Assembly (NCBI GenBank): GCA_963741955.1
Contig: CAVUKB010000005.1
Span: 1,312,001 to 1,376,000, forward strand
Reading direction: 5' to 3'
Length of the DNA stretch: 64,000 bases
Source of the DNA: an uncultured Acidobacteriota bacterium
GTDB taxonomy: Bacteria > Acidobacteriota > Thermoanaerobaculia > Gp7-AA8
The position numbers and the translations under genes are program-made. Position 1 is the first letter of the stretch; each line of letters opens with the position of its first letter. Below, piece after piece: positions 19,079 to 27,727 of the stretch. The notes below the pieces were generated by a model. The model had not been told where the DNA came from and did no database searches. It worked only from the letters and a program-made list of their open reading frames with translations.

Positions 19079-19521
19079 CTCTCTCTCCCCTCGCGAAGAG
19101 CGTGGCGCAGAATTTTCGCGTGGTCGAACGCCAGGGGCGGAAGATCATTCACTGCAAACCACTGCACCTCGTCGGCGTCGTCGGCGGCCTTCATTCTGCG
19201 CCGGCCCCCGACGGTACCGGTGAAAACGATACTGATGGTGTGACCCCGCGGATCGCGTCCCGGATCTCCGAAGGCGGCGAGCTGCTCGAGCCGGATCCTC
19301 GTCAGACCGGTCTCTTCGCGCAGCTCGCGCCGGGCCGCACGTTCGAGCGGCTCGAACGGGTCGACGAACCCACCCGGGAAGGCCCACCGGCCGCGAAACG
19401 GTTCGCGACCGCGCCGGATCAGGAGGACTTCGTGTCCGTCCGTCGACGGACGGAAGAGAACGACGTCGACCGTGACCGCCGGCCGTGGGAACTCGTAGCA
19501 GTGCTCTTTCCGCTTCGGCAT
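19075..19521 (-). CDS. NUDIX hydrolase
   Basis: Nudix box GGFVDPFEPLERAARRELREETG, plus RDPRGH and LAFDH. Confidence 0.92.
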   Translation of the reverse strand: MPKRKEHCYEFPRPAVTVDVVLFRPSTDGHEVLLIRRGREPFRGRWAFPGGFVDPFEPLERAARRELREETGLTRIRLEQLAAFGDPGRDPRGHTISIVFTGTVGGRRRMKAADDADEVQWFAVNDLPPLAFDHAKILRHALREGRER

Positions 19522-19665
19522 GGGCCGATTGTACTGGCGCGCGGCCGTCGAGCAAATCCCGATTATTCCCTTCCCGGTCAGTCAGTTCGAAGCAGATCAT
19601 GCGGCCGGATCGGATTCGATCTTGCAGTTGATATTCAGACCAACACCACACAGAAGGAGCACTCC

Positions 19666-20127
19666 ATGCCCAGGAACAGACGAAGTGCAGCATCCTTCAG
19701 AAAAGAGACGAATCAGGAGTCCGGCTCCATCCGCGGCCGTCTGCGTCGCGCAGCGGGACGGCTCCGCGAGACTCTCGGCTCGATCCGGGAGAACTTCTCG
19801 ACATCGGAGAGCACGGGGCGGCGGCAGCAGAATCCGGCCGTACGAACGAAGAACCGCGAGGCGGAAGATCACCGGCCGCCACGCAGGATGCCGAATGTCG
19901 ATCTCTCGCCGCTCGACGCTTCCTCGGCGTCGCAACAGAGCAAGAGCTCGGCCGAGCCGCAGCGGCACGCCCACCACTACATCGACCAGGAGGCCGGAGT
20001 GGCCATGAGCAGCGAGAGCCGATGGGCGGACGAAGACCGCTACACGAACCGGAGCCACGATCCACGGATCGGAACGCACGGGCGCTCCTACGATGATGCG
20101 GACCGGGAGGAAGCACGAAACCGATGA
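19666..20127 (+). CDS. Hypothetical hydrophilic, probably disordered protein
   Basis: Strong RBS AAGGAG before ATG 19666; 153 aa filling the intergenic space; possible GG-N10-GC promoter at 19611-19626. Confidence 0.65.
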   Translation: MPRNRRSAASFRKETNQESGSIRGRLRRAAGRLRETLGSIRENFSTSESTGRRQQNPAVRTKNREAEDHRPPRRMPNVDLSPLDASSASQQSKSSAEPQRHAHHYIDQEAGVAMSSESRWADEDRYTNRSHDPRIGTHGRSYDDADREEARNR

Positions 20128-20131
20128 GGCC

Positions 20132-20911
20132 TCAGCGTCGAAGCTTTGCCGAGTCGATCCGCCGCTTCGCGAACGGAAGCGAGAGCATGTCGTAGACGGC
20201 GTTCGGCAGCAGCCGGGCGAGCTTCATCAGTAGAGCGGTAGGGAGCGGGAAAGAGACTTCCCGCACCTCCCGCTCGATTGCTTCCGCGATCTTCAGCGCC
20301 GCCTCCTCGGGCTCCATCAGGAACGGCATCGGGAAGCGGTTCTTCTCCACCAGCGGCGTCCGCACGAATCCCGGATTCACGGTGGTCACTTTGACTCCAC
20401 GGCTGCGAAGTTCCGCTCGCGTCCCGTCGAGAAATGCCTGCATTGCCGCCTTGCTCGCCGAATATGCCGAAGAGCCGGGAAGGCCGCGGAACCCCGCCAC
20501 TGACGCGATTCCGACGAACTGTCCGTCACCGCGCTCGATCATCGACGGAATCACGGCATCGAACAGGTACACCATCCCCAGCACGTTCGTTCTGAATACG
20601 TTCTCCGCATCTTCGAGCTTGAACTTTCGCGCCGGCGTAGGAAGACCGACCCCTGCATTCGCCACTGCGATGTCGATACGGCCCCACTCGGAGTGGACAC
20701 GCTGAACCGCCTCATGGACGGATTCCGAGCTGGTGACGTCGCAACGGATCGCGAGGGCCTCCCGCCCTTGCGCGCGGAGCTCGCTCGCGACCTCCTCCAG
20801 CAGCTCACCCCTCCGGGCACAGAGGGCGACCCGATTCCCTCGCCGCGCGAGCTCCCGGCCGAGAGCGAGACCGATCCCACTCGAACCACCAGTGATCAGG
20901 ACGTTCTTCAC
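20132..20911 (-). CDS. SDR family NAD(P)-dependent oxidoreductase
   Basis: TGGSSGIG, NAG and YSASK motifs. Confidence 0.92.
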   Translation of the reverse strand: MKNVLITGGSSGIGLALGRELARRGNRVALCARRGELLEEVASELRAQGREALAIRCDVTSSESVHEAVQRVHSEWGRIDIAVANAGVGLPTPARKFKLEDAENVFRTNVLGMVYLFDAVIPSMIERGDGQFVGIASVAGFRGLPGSSAYSASKAAMQAFLDGTRAELRSRGVKVTTVNPGFVRTPLVEKNRFPMPFLMEPEEAALKIAEAIEREVREVSFPLPTALLMKLARLLPNAVYDMLSLPFAKRRIDSAKLRR

Positions 20912-21106
20912 GCGGCAGGATTATAGCGATCGCGGAGCAGGCGCAAAGACCGTGACCCGAACCACGGTCTCGGCTCTATTCTCTCATGAAGTCACTTTAG
21001 AGAATAATCTGCATCTAATGTACGCAATTGCAGAATTTAATTCTGTAAATGCTCAGTTTTACAGAACACTGTGCCGCAGAACTGATCGCCGGCGCCGCGG
21101 AGACTC

Positions 21107-22267
21107 TCAGGAAGCCTTTCGAGGCTCCCACGCGCACGTCACGTCTTCGGCCAGAGGGTCACCGCTGATCGCATAGGCGCGGGCGCGCGAGCCGCCGCAG
21201 ATTTCGCGATACTCACAACGTCCGCACTTCCCCTCGAGCTGTTGCGGATCCTGGAGCGTCTGGAAGAGCGGCGAAGTCCGATAGATGTCGACCAGCGACC
21301 GCCTCCGGGCATTCCCCGCCGACAGCGGAAGGAAGGCTCCCGGATAGACCTCGCCGAGGTGCGAGACGAAGATGTCGGTCGAGACGCCATCCGGCGCGAT
21401 CCGGTCGAGCGACTTCGGCCCAACCTGCTGGCCGGAAAAGAGCGATCCGAGCGCGATGCCCGCGGCGCGTGCGACATCCACACCCTCACCTTCGATCCCC
21501 AGCTCGCGAAGCCGCTTCTGCAGGAGGAACCTCCGATACTGAGGAGCTTCGATCGCCGTGACGGCGAACGACCGCGTTGCCGACGCGCGGTAGAGGATCT
21601 CGAATGCACTCTCGATCTCTTCCGCGCTCATCGCATCGACCGAACGGCCACGAGCACTGGAGATCACGAAGAACGCATTCCAGCGCGAGACCTCGAGCTC
21701 CTCGAGAAGAGAGAACAGATCCTCGAGCTCCGCGTAAGCTTTTCGCGTGATGGTCGTGTTGACCTGAACCGGCAGTCCCAGAGCGCGAGCACTCTCGATC
21801 GCATGGAGAGTCAGCTCGAAGGAGCCGGGAATGGCGCGGAAGCCGTCGTGGGTCGACGCGGTCGCGCCGTCGAGGCTCACCTTGAGACCGGCGAGCCGGC
21901 GGTACTTCATCTCCCGGATCGCCTCGTCGGTCAGCAGAGGCGTCGCGCTCGGGGTCATCGTCGGGGAGAGTCCGCGAAGCGAGGCGTACTCGATGAAGTT
22001 GAAAATCTCAGGACGCTTGAGAGGATCGCCACCGGTGATCACGAAAGCGCGCGGTTCGAGCTCCGCGATCTGGTCGATCAGCCGGTATCCCTCTTCGGTG
22101 GTCAGCTCGAATGCACTCCGTTTCGGCTGCACCGCACTCCGGCAGTGCCGGCATGCGAGATCGCAGGCGCGGGTCGGCTCCCAGATCACCGTCGCCGGCC
22201 GAAGAGGCGAAACGATTCGTACGGTCTGCTCTTTCCTGGGCTGTGGCTCGAGTGTGGTTCGCTCCAT
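21107..22267 (-). CDS. Radical SAM/SPASM protein (AhbD/NirJ-like)
   Basis: CDLACRHC, TGGDPL, SLDG and C-terminal CGRCEYREICGGSRARAY..C; RBS GAGG before ATG 22267. Confidence 0.87.
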   Translation of the reverse strand: MERTTLEPQPRKEQTVRIVSPLRPATVIWEPTRACDLACRHCRSAVQPKRSAFELTTEEGYRLIDQIAELEPRAFVITGGDPLKRPEIFNFIEYASLRGLSPTMTPSATPLLTDEAIREMKYRRLAGLKVSLDGATASTHDGFRAIPGSFELTLHAIESARALGLPVQVNTTITRKAYAELEDLFSLLEELEVSRWNAFFVISSARGRSVDAMSAEEIESAFEILYRASATRSFAVTAIEAPQYRRFLLQKRLRELGIEGEGVDVARAAGIALGSLFSGQQVGPKSLDRIAPDGVSTDIFVSHLGEVYPGAFLPLSAGNARRRSLVDIYRTSPLFQTLQDPQQLEGKCGRCEYREICGGSRARAYAISGDPLAEDVTCAWEPRKAS

Positions 22268-22491
22268 GTCGTCCTCGCAGTTTTCGCTGGAATGATGGAA
22301 ACACGGGGGGAAAACCTTCGAAATGACCTCTCTCACACCCGGTTGTGACGAGCAACACGACGCTGCAACCGCCGGATCGACGGCGGACTCTGCGAGCGCG
22401 CCGCGCGGCGGAAGCATTCAAACACCGAGTTCAGGTACAGCTCCTTCTTCATCCGGTTGTGTTTCCCGGCTGATCTCCCTACCATGGATCG

Positions 22492-22665
22492 ATGCCCGAC
22501 TGGTCGATCCTCCTTCTCTTCGTCGCCGCCTGGGTTCTCATTCAGTACGTCATCCTTCCTCGGCTCGGCGTCCCCACGTGAGCGGTTCCGGCTCCGCGCC
22601 GTGATCCGCGCGGAAACGACGAGCAGCTCAGTCCCGTCAGGGACACCGACGAGAAGAGCCGCTGA
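22492..22665 (+). CDS. Small membrane peptide, candidate selenoprotein (29 aa if UGA 22579 stops, 57 aa if read as Sec)
   Basis: MPDWSILLLFVAAWVLIQYVILPRLGVPT-TGA-AVPAPRRDPRGNDEQLSPVRDTDEKSR-TGA. -10-like TACCAT lies 6 nt before the ATG, and a SECIS-like hairpin starts 11 nt after the first TGA. Confidence 0.6.
22593..22614 (+). promoter_or_regulatory. Candidate bacterial SECIS hairpin
   Basis: TCCGCGC / loop CGTGATCC / GCGCGGA; begins exactly 11 nt after the in-frame TGA, with GU at loop positions 2-3. Confidence 0.5.
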
Positions 22666-22724
22666 CCCGGACTATTCACGGGACTTCTGCTGCGGAGCGG
22701 CGAAATCCGTGAATGATCCGAGCT
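22666..22724. repeat. Internally deleted copy of the MITE-like element at 28794-28975
   Basis: The first 34 nt (CCCGGACTATTCACGGGACTTCTGCTGCGGAGCG) are identical to the left end of the long copy, joined directly to a near-copy of its right end (CGAAATCCGTGAATGATCCGAGCT). Confidence 0.8.
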
Positions 22725-22735
22725 GAAGGAGCGTC

Positions 22736-24673
22736 TCATCCGAGTTTCGGGAGCCGCACGCCCCCTTCGAGGGCGCGCTCGAAAAGATCACCCACCTTTG
22801 CGATCCGCCCCGGCATCGTCCGGATGTCGTAGCGCGAAGGGTCCAGCCGGCGGGTCACCTCGCTCCACCGGAGCGGCGCAGATACGGGAGCTCCTTCGAT
22901 CGCTCGGAGGGAGTAGGGTGCGACCACCGTCTTTCCGTATCCGTTCTGAAGCCAATCGAGATAGAGGCGCCCTCCCCTCTTCGCGATGTTCCGCTCGACG
23001 GTCGCCGACGGTACCTTCGTGGCGATCGCGACCGCGACCTTCTCTGCAAACGCTGCGGTCTCCTCGTGCGAGTACCCTTTCACCAGCGGCACGAAGAGAT
23101 GAATCCCGCGCTTGCCCGAGGTCTTCGGAACACTCGGGATCTCGAGCTCCTCGAAGAGCCTTCGCAGAACCAGCGCGGCTTCGACCGCCTGCTCGATTCC
23201 CTTCCCCCGGGCGGGATCGAGGTCGAACACGACCCAGTCCGGCGAAGCGAGGCTCGCCGCACGAGAGGACCACATGTGCAGCGTCAGAACCGACCGCTGC
23301 GCGAGCCATCGCAGCGTCTCCGGCCGATCGACGATGAGGTGCCGCACGTTCTTTCCGGTGGTCTTCGCCGGGGTCTCCACCGTCGTCATCCACTCCTCGA
23401 CATCCCGGCTCACGTCCTGCTGAAACCAGGAAGGCCGTTCTATCCCCTCGTTCCAGTGCTCGAGCGCAATCGGGCGATCGCGCAGCGCCCGAAGCATCGG
23501 TTCCGACACCGCAGCGTAGTAGTCGGCGACATCGCTCTTGGTGTAGCCGTCGCGGGGGTAGAGGAGCCGGTCGGGATGAGTGAGATTCACATCGGCGACC
23601 TTCGCGCTCTTCGACTCCGCACGCCGGCCCTTTCCCTCGTTGGGCTTCTTCTGCGCCTTGCGCCTGTTCGCCGTCGAGCTCTTCTTTCCCGGCGGCTCAG
23701 CGGGAATCTCGCGGATCGCCTCCATCGGCGTTTTGTCGTCACGAAGTCCGAGAAACGACGGGTGACGCAGCTTTCCGTCCGACGTCCATTCCGTGAACTT
23801 CACCTGCGCGACCAGGCGCGGCTTGACCCACGTCGCATCGCGCATTCGAGGCGCACCGACGGCTTCGGTCCGGGCGACCGAATCTTTCGAGAGCTCTCGT
23901 TTCAACTCCTTGCGCTGTTTCGTGCTGAAGCCCGTCCCGACTTTCCCTGCGAACCGGAGGACCCCGCCTTCTGCAACGCCCAGCAGGAGCGCGCCGATCT
24001 CCTGGTCCGAATGCGTGCTCGGAGTGAAGCCGATGACCGCCAGCTCCTGTTCGTTGTGCGCTTTCAGTTTGAGCCAATCCTTTGTCCGTTTCCCCTCGTA
24101 CTTCGAGTCGAGCCGCTTCGCGATCAACCCTTCCCACCCTTCTCGCGCCGCACGCGCGAGCGCCTTTTGCGGCGCGGCATCGAGAGTCTCGGAGATGCGA
24201 ATCGCAGCGGGCGGCTTCCGGAGCACGCGCTCGAGACGTTCCCGCCGCGCAGCGAGCGGCAGCCGGCGCAGGTCCTCGCCATCCATCCAGAGGACGTCGA
24301 ATACGAAGTAGACGAAGTTCGCCCCTTCACCACGCTGGAGGAGCTGGAACCGAGGAGTCCCCTTCCGGTCCAGCGCCACGATCTCGCCGTCGAGAACCAC
24401 GTCCGTCGAGCGTAGACGCCGCAGCGCCGCGGCGATGGAGGGAAAGCGCTCGGCCAGATCGAGGCCGTTCCGGCTCCAGAGGGCCAGGTCTCCATCATGA
24501 AGTGCAGCCACGCCGCGGAACCCGTCGTACTTCAGCTCGAGCTGCCACGACTCCGGATCGGGTGGTGGTGCCGATGCGAGGGTCGCCAGCATCGGCGGAA
24601 ACACGCGCCGGAGCAGCGCCGCCGCCGGCGTTATCGCTGCTTTGCGATCTCCCGAGCTGCTCTTTGGAGCCAT
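22736..24673 (-). CDS. ligD: DNA ligase D (ligase domain plus C-terminal primase-polymerase domain)
   Basis: ELKYDGFR, EGLIAK, WLKLK and LRHPSFLGLR; then LTHPDR, FDLDP, KTSGKRGIH and YLDWLQN. RBS GGAGGAG before ATG 24673. Confidence 0.93.
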   Translation of the reverse strand: MAPKSSSGDRKAAITPAAALLRRVFPPMLATLASAPPPDPESWQLELKYDGFRGVAALHDGDLALWSRNGLDLAERFPSIAAALRRLRSTDVVLDGEIVALDRKGTPRFQLLQRGEGANFVYFVFDVLWMDGEDLRRLPLAARRERLERVLRKPPAAIRISETLDAAPQKALARAAREGWEGLIAKRLDSKYEGKRTKDWLKLKAHNEQELAVIGFTPSTHSDQEIGALLLGVAEGGVLRFAGKVGTGFSTKQRKELKRELSKDSVARTEAVGAPRMRDATWVKPRLVAQVKFTEWTSDGKLRHPSFLGLRDDKTPMEAIREIPAEPPGKKSSTANRRKAQKKPNEGKGRRAESKSAKVADVNLTHPDRLLYPRDGYTKSDVADYYAAVSEPMLRALRDRPIALEHWNEGIERPSWFQQDVSRDVEEWMTTVETPAKTTGKNVRHLIVDRPETLRWLAQRSVLTLHMWSSRAASLASPDWVVFDLDPARGKGIEQAVEAALVLRRLFEELEIPSVPKTSGKRGIHLFVPLVKGYSHEETAAFAEKVAVAIATKVPSATVERNIAKRGGRLYLDWLQNGYGKTVVAPYSLRAIEGAPVSAPLRWSEVTRRLDPSRYDIRTMPGRIAKVGDLFERALEGGVRLPKLG

Positions 24674-24696
24674 TCGTCTCCTCCCGACACGACCGG

Positions 24697-24712
24697 TGCT
24701 CAACCGGTGCCA
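24697..24712 (-). promoter_or_regulatory. Putative sigma54 promoter of ligD
   Basis: TGGCACCGGTTGAGCA (GG-N10-GC); the predicted +1 near 24686 leaves the RBS in the transcript. Confidence 0.55.
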
Positions 24713-24757
24713 GCCGCATGTGGCGCCACTGCTGCGAAGCGCCTCGGGCGGACGGAA

Positions 24758-25624
24758 TCAGGAGACGCTCGAGATGCTCCCTTCTGATGCCCGGAGCGCG
24801 TCCCTCACTTCATAAAGGTCGACGAGGAGCTCGCGCGAGGTCTGGTACCGCTCCTGCGGCTCTTTCTTCAGGAGTTTCTGCTGGACGGATCGCAGCGCGG
24901 ACGGTACGTCCTCGCCGATGGCGCGAGGCTCTGACTGGAGGATCTCGTGCATCGTGTCGAGGAGAGCCTTTCCACTGAACGCAGCTCGCCCGGCGAGCAT
25001 CTCGTACATCACGGCGCCGAGGCTCCACAGATCGGATCGAGGATCTGCGGCCTCACCGCGCAGCAGCTCCGGAGCGACGTACTGCAGAGTTCCAGGAACC
25101 ACGCCGGGTAACGTCTGGACTCGCGCGGCGGAAATGTCGGTGAAGAGGGTTCCCTGAGTCACCTTGGCCAGACCGAAATCGAGCACCTTCACCACTCCAT
25201 CATCGCGGACCATCACGTTTTCGGGTTTGATGTCCCGATGGACGACCCAGTAGTCATGTGCCGCGCCGAGGGCACTCGCGATCGCGATCCCGACATTCAC
25301 TGCCTGCTGGAGTGAAAGCCGCCGCTCGTTCATCGCGTGCCGCAACGTCTTCCCGTCCACGAACTCGGTGACGATGAAGTTCACACCTTCATCTTCGTCG
25401 AGGTCGTAGATGGTCAGTACATTGGGGTGGTTGATGGCCGCCGCGAGCTGCGCTTCCTGCTTGAACCGAAGGAGACGCTGCGGATCGGATGCGAAGTGCG
25501 GAGAGAGAAACTTGACCGCGGCATAACGGTTCAAGCGGAGGTCCTGAGCAAGGTAGATGTCGCCCATCCCTCCGGCGCCGAGTTTCTTCAGAATCCGATA
25601 ATGCGAAACGACCTGCAGGCTCAC
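24758..25624 (-). CDS. Hanks-type Ser/Thr protein kinase (kinase domain only)
   Basis: LGAGGMG, AVK, HRDIKPEN, DFG, APE and DLWSLG. Confidence 0.92.
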   Translation of the reverse strand: MSLQVVSHYRILKKLGAGGMGDIYLAQDLRLNRYAAVKFLSPHFASDPQRLLRFKQEAQLAAAINHPNVLTIYDLDEDEGVNFIVTEFVDGKTLRHAMNERRLSLQQAVNVGIAIASALGAAHDYWVVHRDIKPENVMVRDDGVVKVLDFGLAKVTQGTLFTDISAARVQTLPGVVPGTLQYVAPELLRGEAADPRSDLWSLGAVMYEMLAGRAAFSGKALLDTMHEILQSEPRAIGEDVPSALRSVQQKLLKKEPQERYQTSRELLVDLYEVRDALRASEGSISSVS

Positions 25625-25940
25625 GGATCCGCCTTCGAACGATGATCGTCGACCATAGCAGAAGAGCGGAGCGATTTCGAATTTCGAATTCCGATTCGAG
25701 AGTGCCTGGTTCTACGCGATCGCGGATCTGGCCGGGAGAGGCCTCGCCTCTGCTGCAGGCGTACCCTCGATCCGCTCCGAATGTGATTCGCTCCGCGGAT
25801 CAGAGGATCCGCACCCCCGGCGGAATCCGAAGGACCAGAATCCGTTCCCGCCGTCAGCAGGGTTCGCAGATCCAGGAGTTCACATCCCCCCTATGCACTT
25901 CGAGCACCCTCTCGGGTGCCCGTGATTCGAATCTGAGAAG

Positions 25941-26016
25941 TGGTGGAGCCGAACGGGATCGAACCGTCGACCTCCTGAATGCCATTCAGGCGCTCTCCCA
26001 ACTGAGCTACGGCCCC
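25941..26016 (-). tRNA. tRNA-Ala (GGC)
   Basis: 76-nt cloverleaf GGGGCCGTAGCTCAG...CCTGA-ATGGCAT-TCAGG...GGTTCGATCC...CTCCACCA with G3:U70 pair. Confidence 0.96.
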
Positions 26017-26033
26017 TCTTTGAAGCGGTGCGA

Positions 26034-26062
26034 AAACTAGCACGCACCATCGGCAGCGTCAA
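26034..26062 (-). promoter_or_regulatory. sigma70 promoter of tRNA-Ala
   Basis: TTGACG-17 nt-TAGTTT with an extended -10 TG. Confidence 0.65.
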
Positions 26063-26187
26063 GAACCGCCCTCCCCGGAGTGAAATTTCGTGTCGGATTC
26101 GTGCCGCGAACGGGGATTTTTTGCAGGCGGCGCACGATTCTCATTTTCGATTCCGGACCGTTCGGAATGCGTCGTCGAGACCTCGAG

Positions 26188-26985
26188 ATGTTCGGTGAAA
26201 TCCTGATCGAATCCGGCCGCGGACACCCGCGATTTCGCGCCTGGCCTTCTACCGCGATCTCAGCGGGGATCCACCTCGCTCTGGTTGGCGTCATGGTCTG
26301 GGCCGGAGTGGTGGCCCACGCATCGGATCAGCCAGCCGCTCCACCCATCGAGGCCTTTCTCGTCTCGTCCGCTCCTCCTCCGCCTCCTCCTCCACCTCCC
26401 CCGAAAGGAGAGAGCTCCCCTTCCGTGACGGTGATGAAGAAGGAGCCGGAGACTTCTCGTTCGTTCGTGACCCCGAAGGAAATCCCGCAGGAGACGCCGC
26501 AGCCGCAGACTACGACGACCATCCCCACCACGGACACCTCGACTCCGGGATCGTCTCCCGCCGGCGTCGAGGGTGGAGTGGAGGGGGGCGTCGAGGGTGG
26601 AACGCCGGGCGGTGTGGTGGGCGGTGTCATCGGAGGAGAGCTCGGAGGAGTCCTCGGCGGGAAGCTCGGAGGGCGACTCGGTGGAACCGGCGACGTCCCT
26701 CTTCCGGTGGGCGGAAATGTGAAGCCCCCCATCCCGATTACGAAGGTCGATCCGGACTACACCGAGGATGCTCGGAAGGAGCGGGTGCAGGGAATCGTGA
26801 TTCTGGAAGCGGTGATCGACCGCGAGGGAAACGTCACGAGGATCCGGATCGTCAAAGGGCTGGCGAAGGGACTCGGAGATTCCGCCGTCAAGGCAGTGAG
26901 CCAGTGGAAGTTCAGACCCGGCACGCTGGAAGGCGAGCCGGTGCCGGTGATCTTCGACGTGACGGTCAGCTTCAGACTGCAGTGA
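26188..26985 (+). CDS. tonB: Energy transducer TonB
   Basis: TM helix with SxxxH (SAGIH), poly-Pro, GVEGG repeats and TonB-C domain (PDYT..VSQWKFRPG). Confidence 0.9.
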   Translation: MFGEILIESGRGHPRFRAWPSTAISAGIHLALVGVMVWAGVVAHASDQPAAPPIEAFLVSSAPPPPPPPPPPKGESSPSVTVMKKEPETSRSFVTPKEIPQETPQPQTTTTIPTTDTSTPGSSPAGVEGGVEGGVEGGTPGGVVGGVIGGELGGVLGGKLGGRLGGTGDVPLPVGGNVKPPIPITKVDPDYTEDARKERVQGIVILEAVIDREGNVTRIRIVKGLAKGLGDSAVKAVSQWKFRPGTLEGEPVPVIFDVTVSFRLQ

Positions 26986-27016
26986 GAGTATCGTACGAAA
27001 ACAGGAGATCGCCTGA

Positions 27017-27721
27017 ATGGATGCATTGAACAGTACATTTACGATCGTGGGGCTCTGGAATGCGATGGGCACCCTCGCCCGGAGCGTGGTGATTCTGCTC
27101 GGCTTGATGTCGATCTGGTCGATCGGGCTCGCCATCGAGCGCTTCTGGAGGTTCGCGCTGGCAGGCCGCGAGTCGGTCGAACTGGCCGAGGGGGTCACAC
27201 CTCTCCTCCGCGATCAGAAACTCGACGAAGCCATCGATCTCGCGCGCCGGAAAGCGTACCGGCACAGTCATCTCGGCAGAGTGATCACCGCGGGCCTGAT
27301 GAAGTTCCGCAACGACCGCGCCGATGAACTTCCCGAGAGCTTCGATCTGGTCGAATCGGGGAAGCGGGCGATCGACCGTGCGGCCCTGATGACCACCGCG
27401 GAGATGAAGCGGGGGCTGGGCAGCCTGGCGACGATCTCGACCACCGCCCCGTTCATCGGCCTGTTCGGGACGGTCGTCGGCATCATCCGGGCGTTCCACG
27501 GGATGGCGGCCACCGGGTCGGGCGGCATCGGTGCGGTCTCGAGCGGTATCGCCGAGGCGCTCGCGACGACCGCGTTCGGACTGATCGTCGCCATTCCGGC
27601 GGTCTGGCTTTACAACCACTTCATCAATCGCGTCGAACGTTTCCAGGTGGAGATGGCGAACGCTTCGTCGGAGCTGATCGACTACTTCATTCAGAGCGCG
27701 GCGAAGGCGAAGGTGCGCTGA
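27017..27721 (+). CDS. exbB: MotA/TolQ/ExbB proton channel protein
   Basis: APFIGLFGTVVGI and GIAEALATTAFGL. Confidence 0.92.
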   Translation: MDALNSTFTIVGLWNAMGTLARSVVILLGLMSIWSIGLAIERFWRFALAGRESVELAEGVTPLLRDQKLDEAIDLARRKAYRHSHLGRVITAGLMKFRNDRADELPESFDLVESGKRAIDRAALMTTAEMKRGLGSLATISTTAPFIGLFGTVVGIIRAFHGMAATGSGGIGAVSSGIAEALATTAFGLIVAIPAVWLYNHFINRVERFQVEMANASSELIDYFIQSAAKAKVR

Positions 27722-27727
27722 GCCGCT

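Noticed and set aside
20995-21025. AT-rich stretch examined as a possible dif (XerC/XerD) site.
   Set aside because: No match to the XerD arm TTATGTTAAAT or the 11-6-11 layout.
22323-22726. ORF-track calls 22323-22604 (+), 22457-22726 (+) and 22542-22739 (-).
   Set aside because: Ser/Pro/Arg-rich non-protein-like translations. The frame starting at 22492 gives a clean TM helix with a promoter signature instead.
25642-25940. Region downstream of tRNA-Ala with short TTCGAA/GATTC repeats and small hairpins; considered as an integration (att) site or CRISPR remnant.
   Set aside because: No integrase, no duplicated tRNA 3' end noticed in the window, and no regular repeat-spacer pattern.
26560-26690. 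GGVEGG/GGVLGG tandem repeats in tonB, and poly-Pro codon runs here and at 43760-43960.
   Set aside because: Ordinary protein-level low-complexity linkers.
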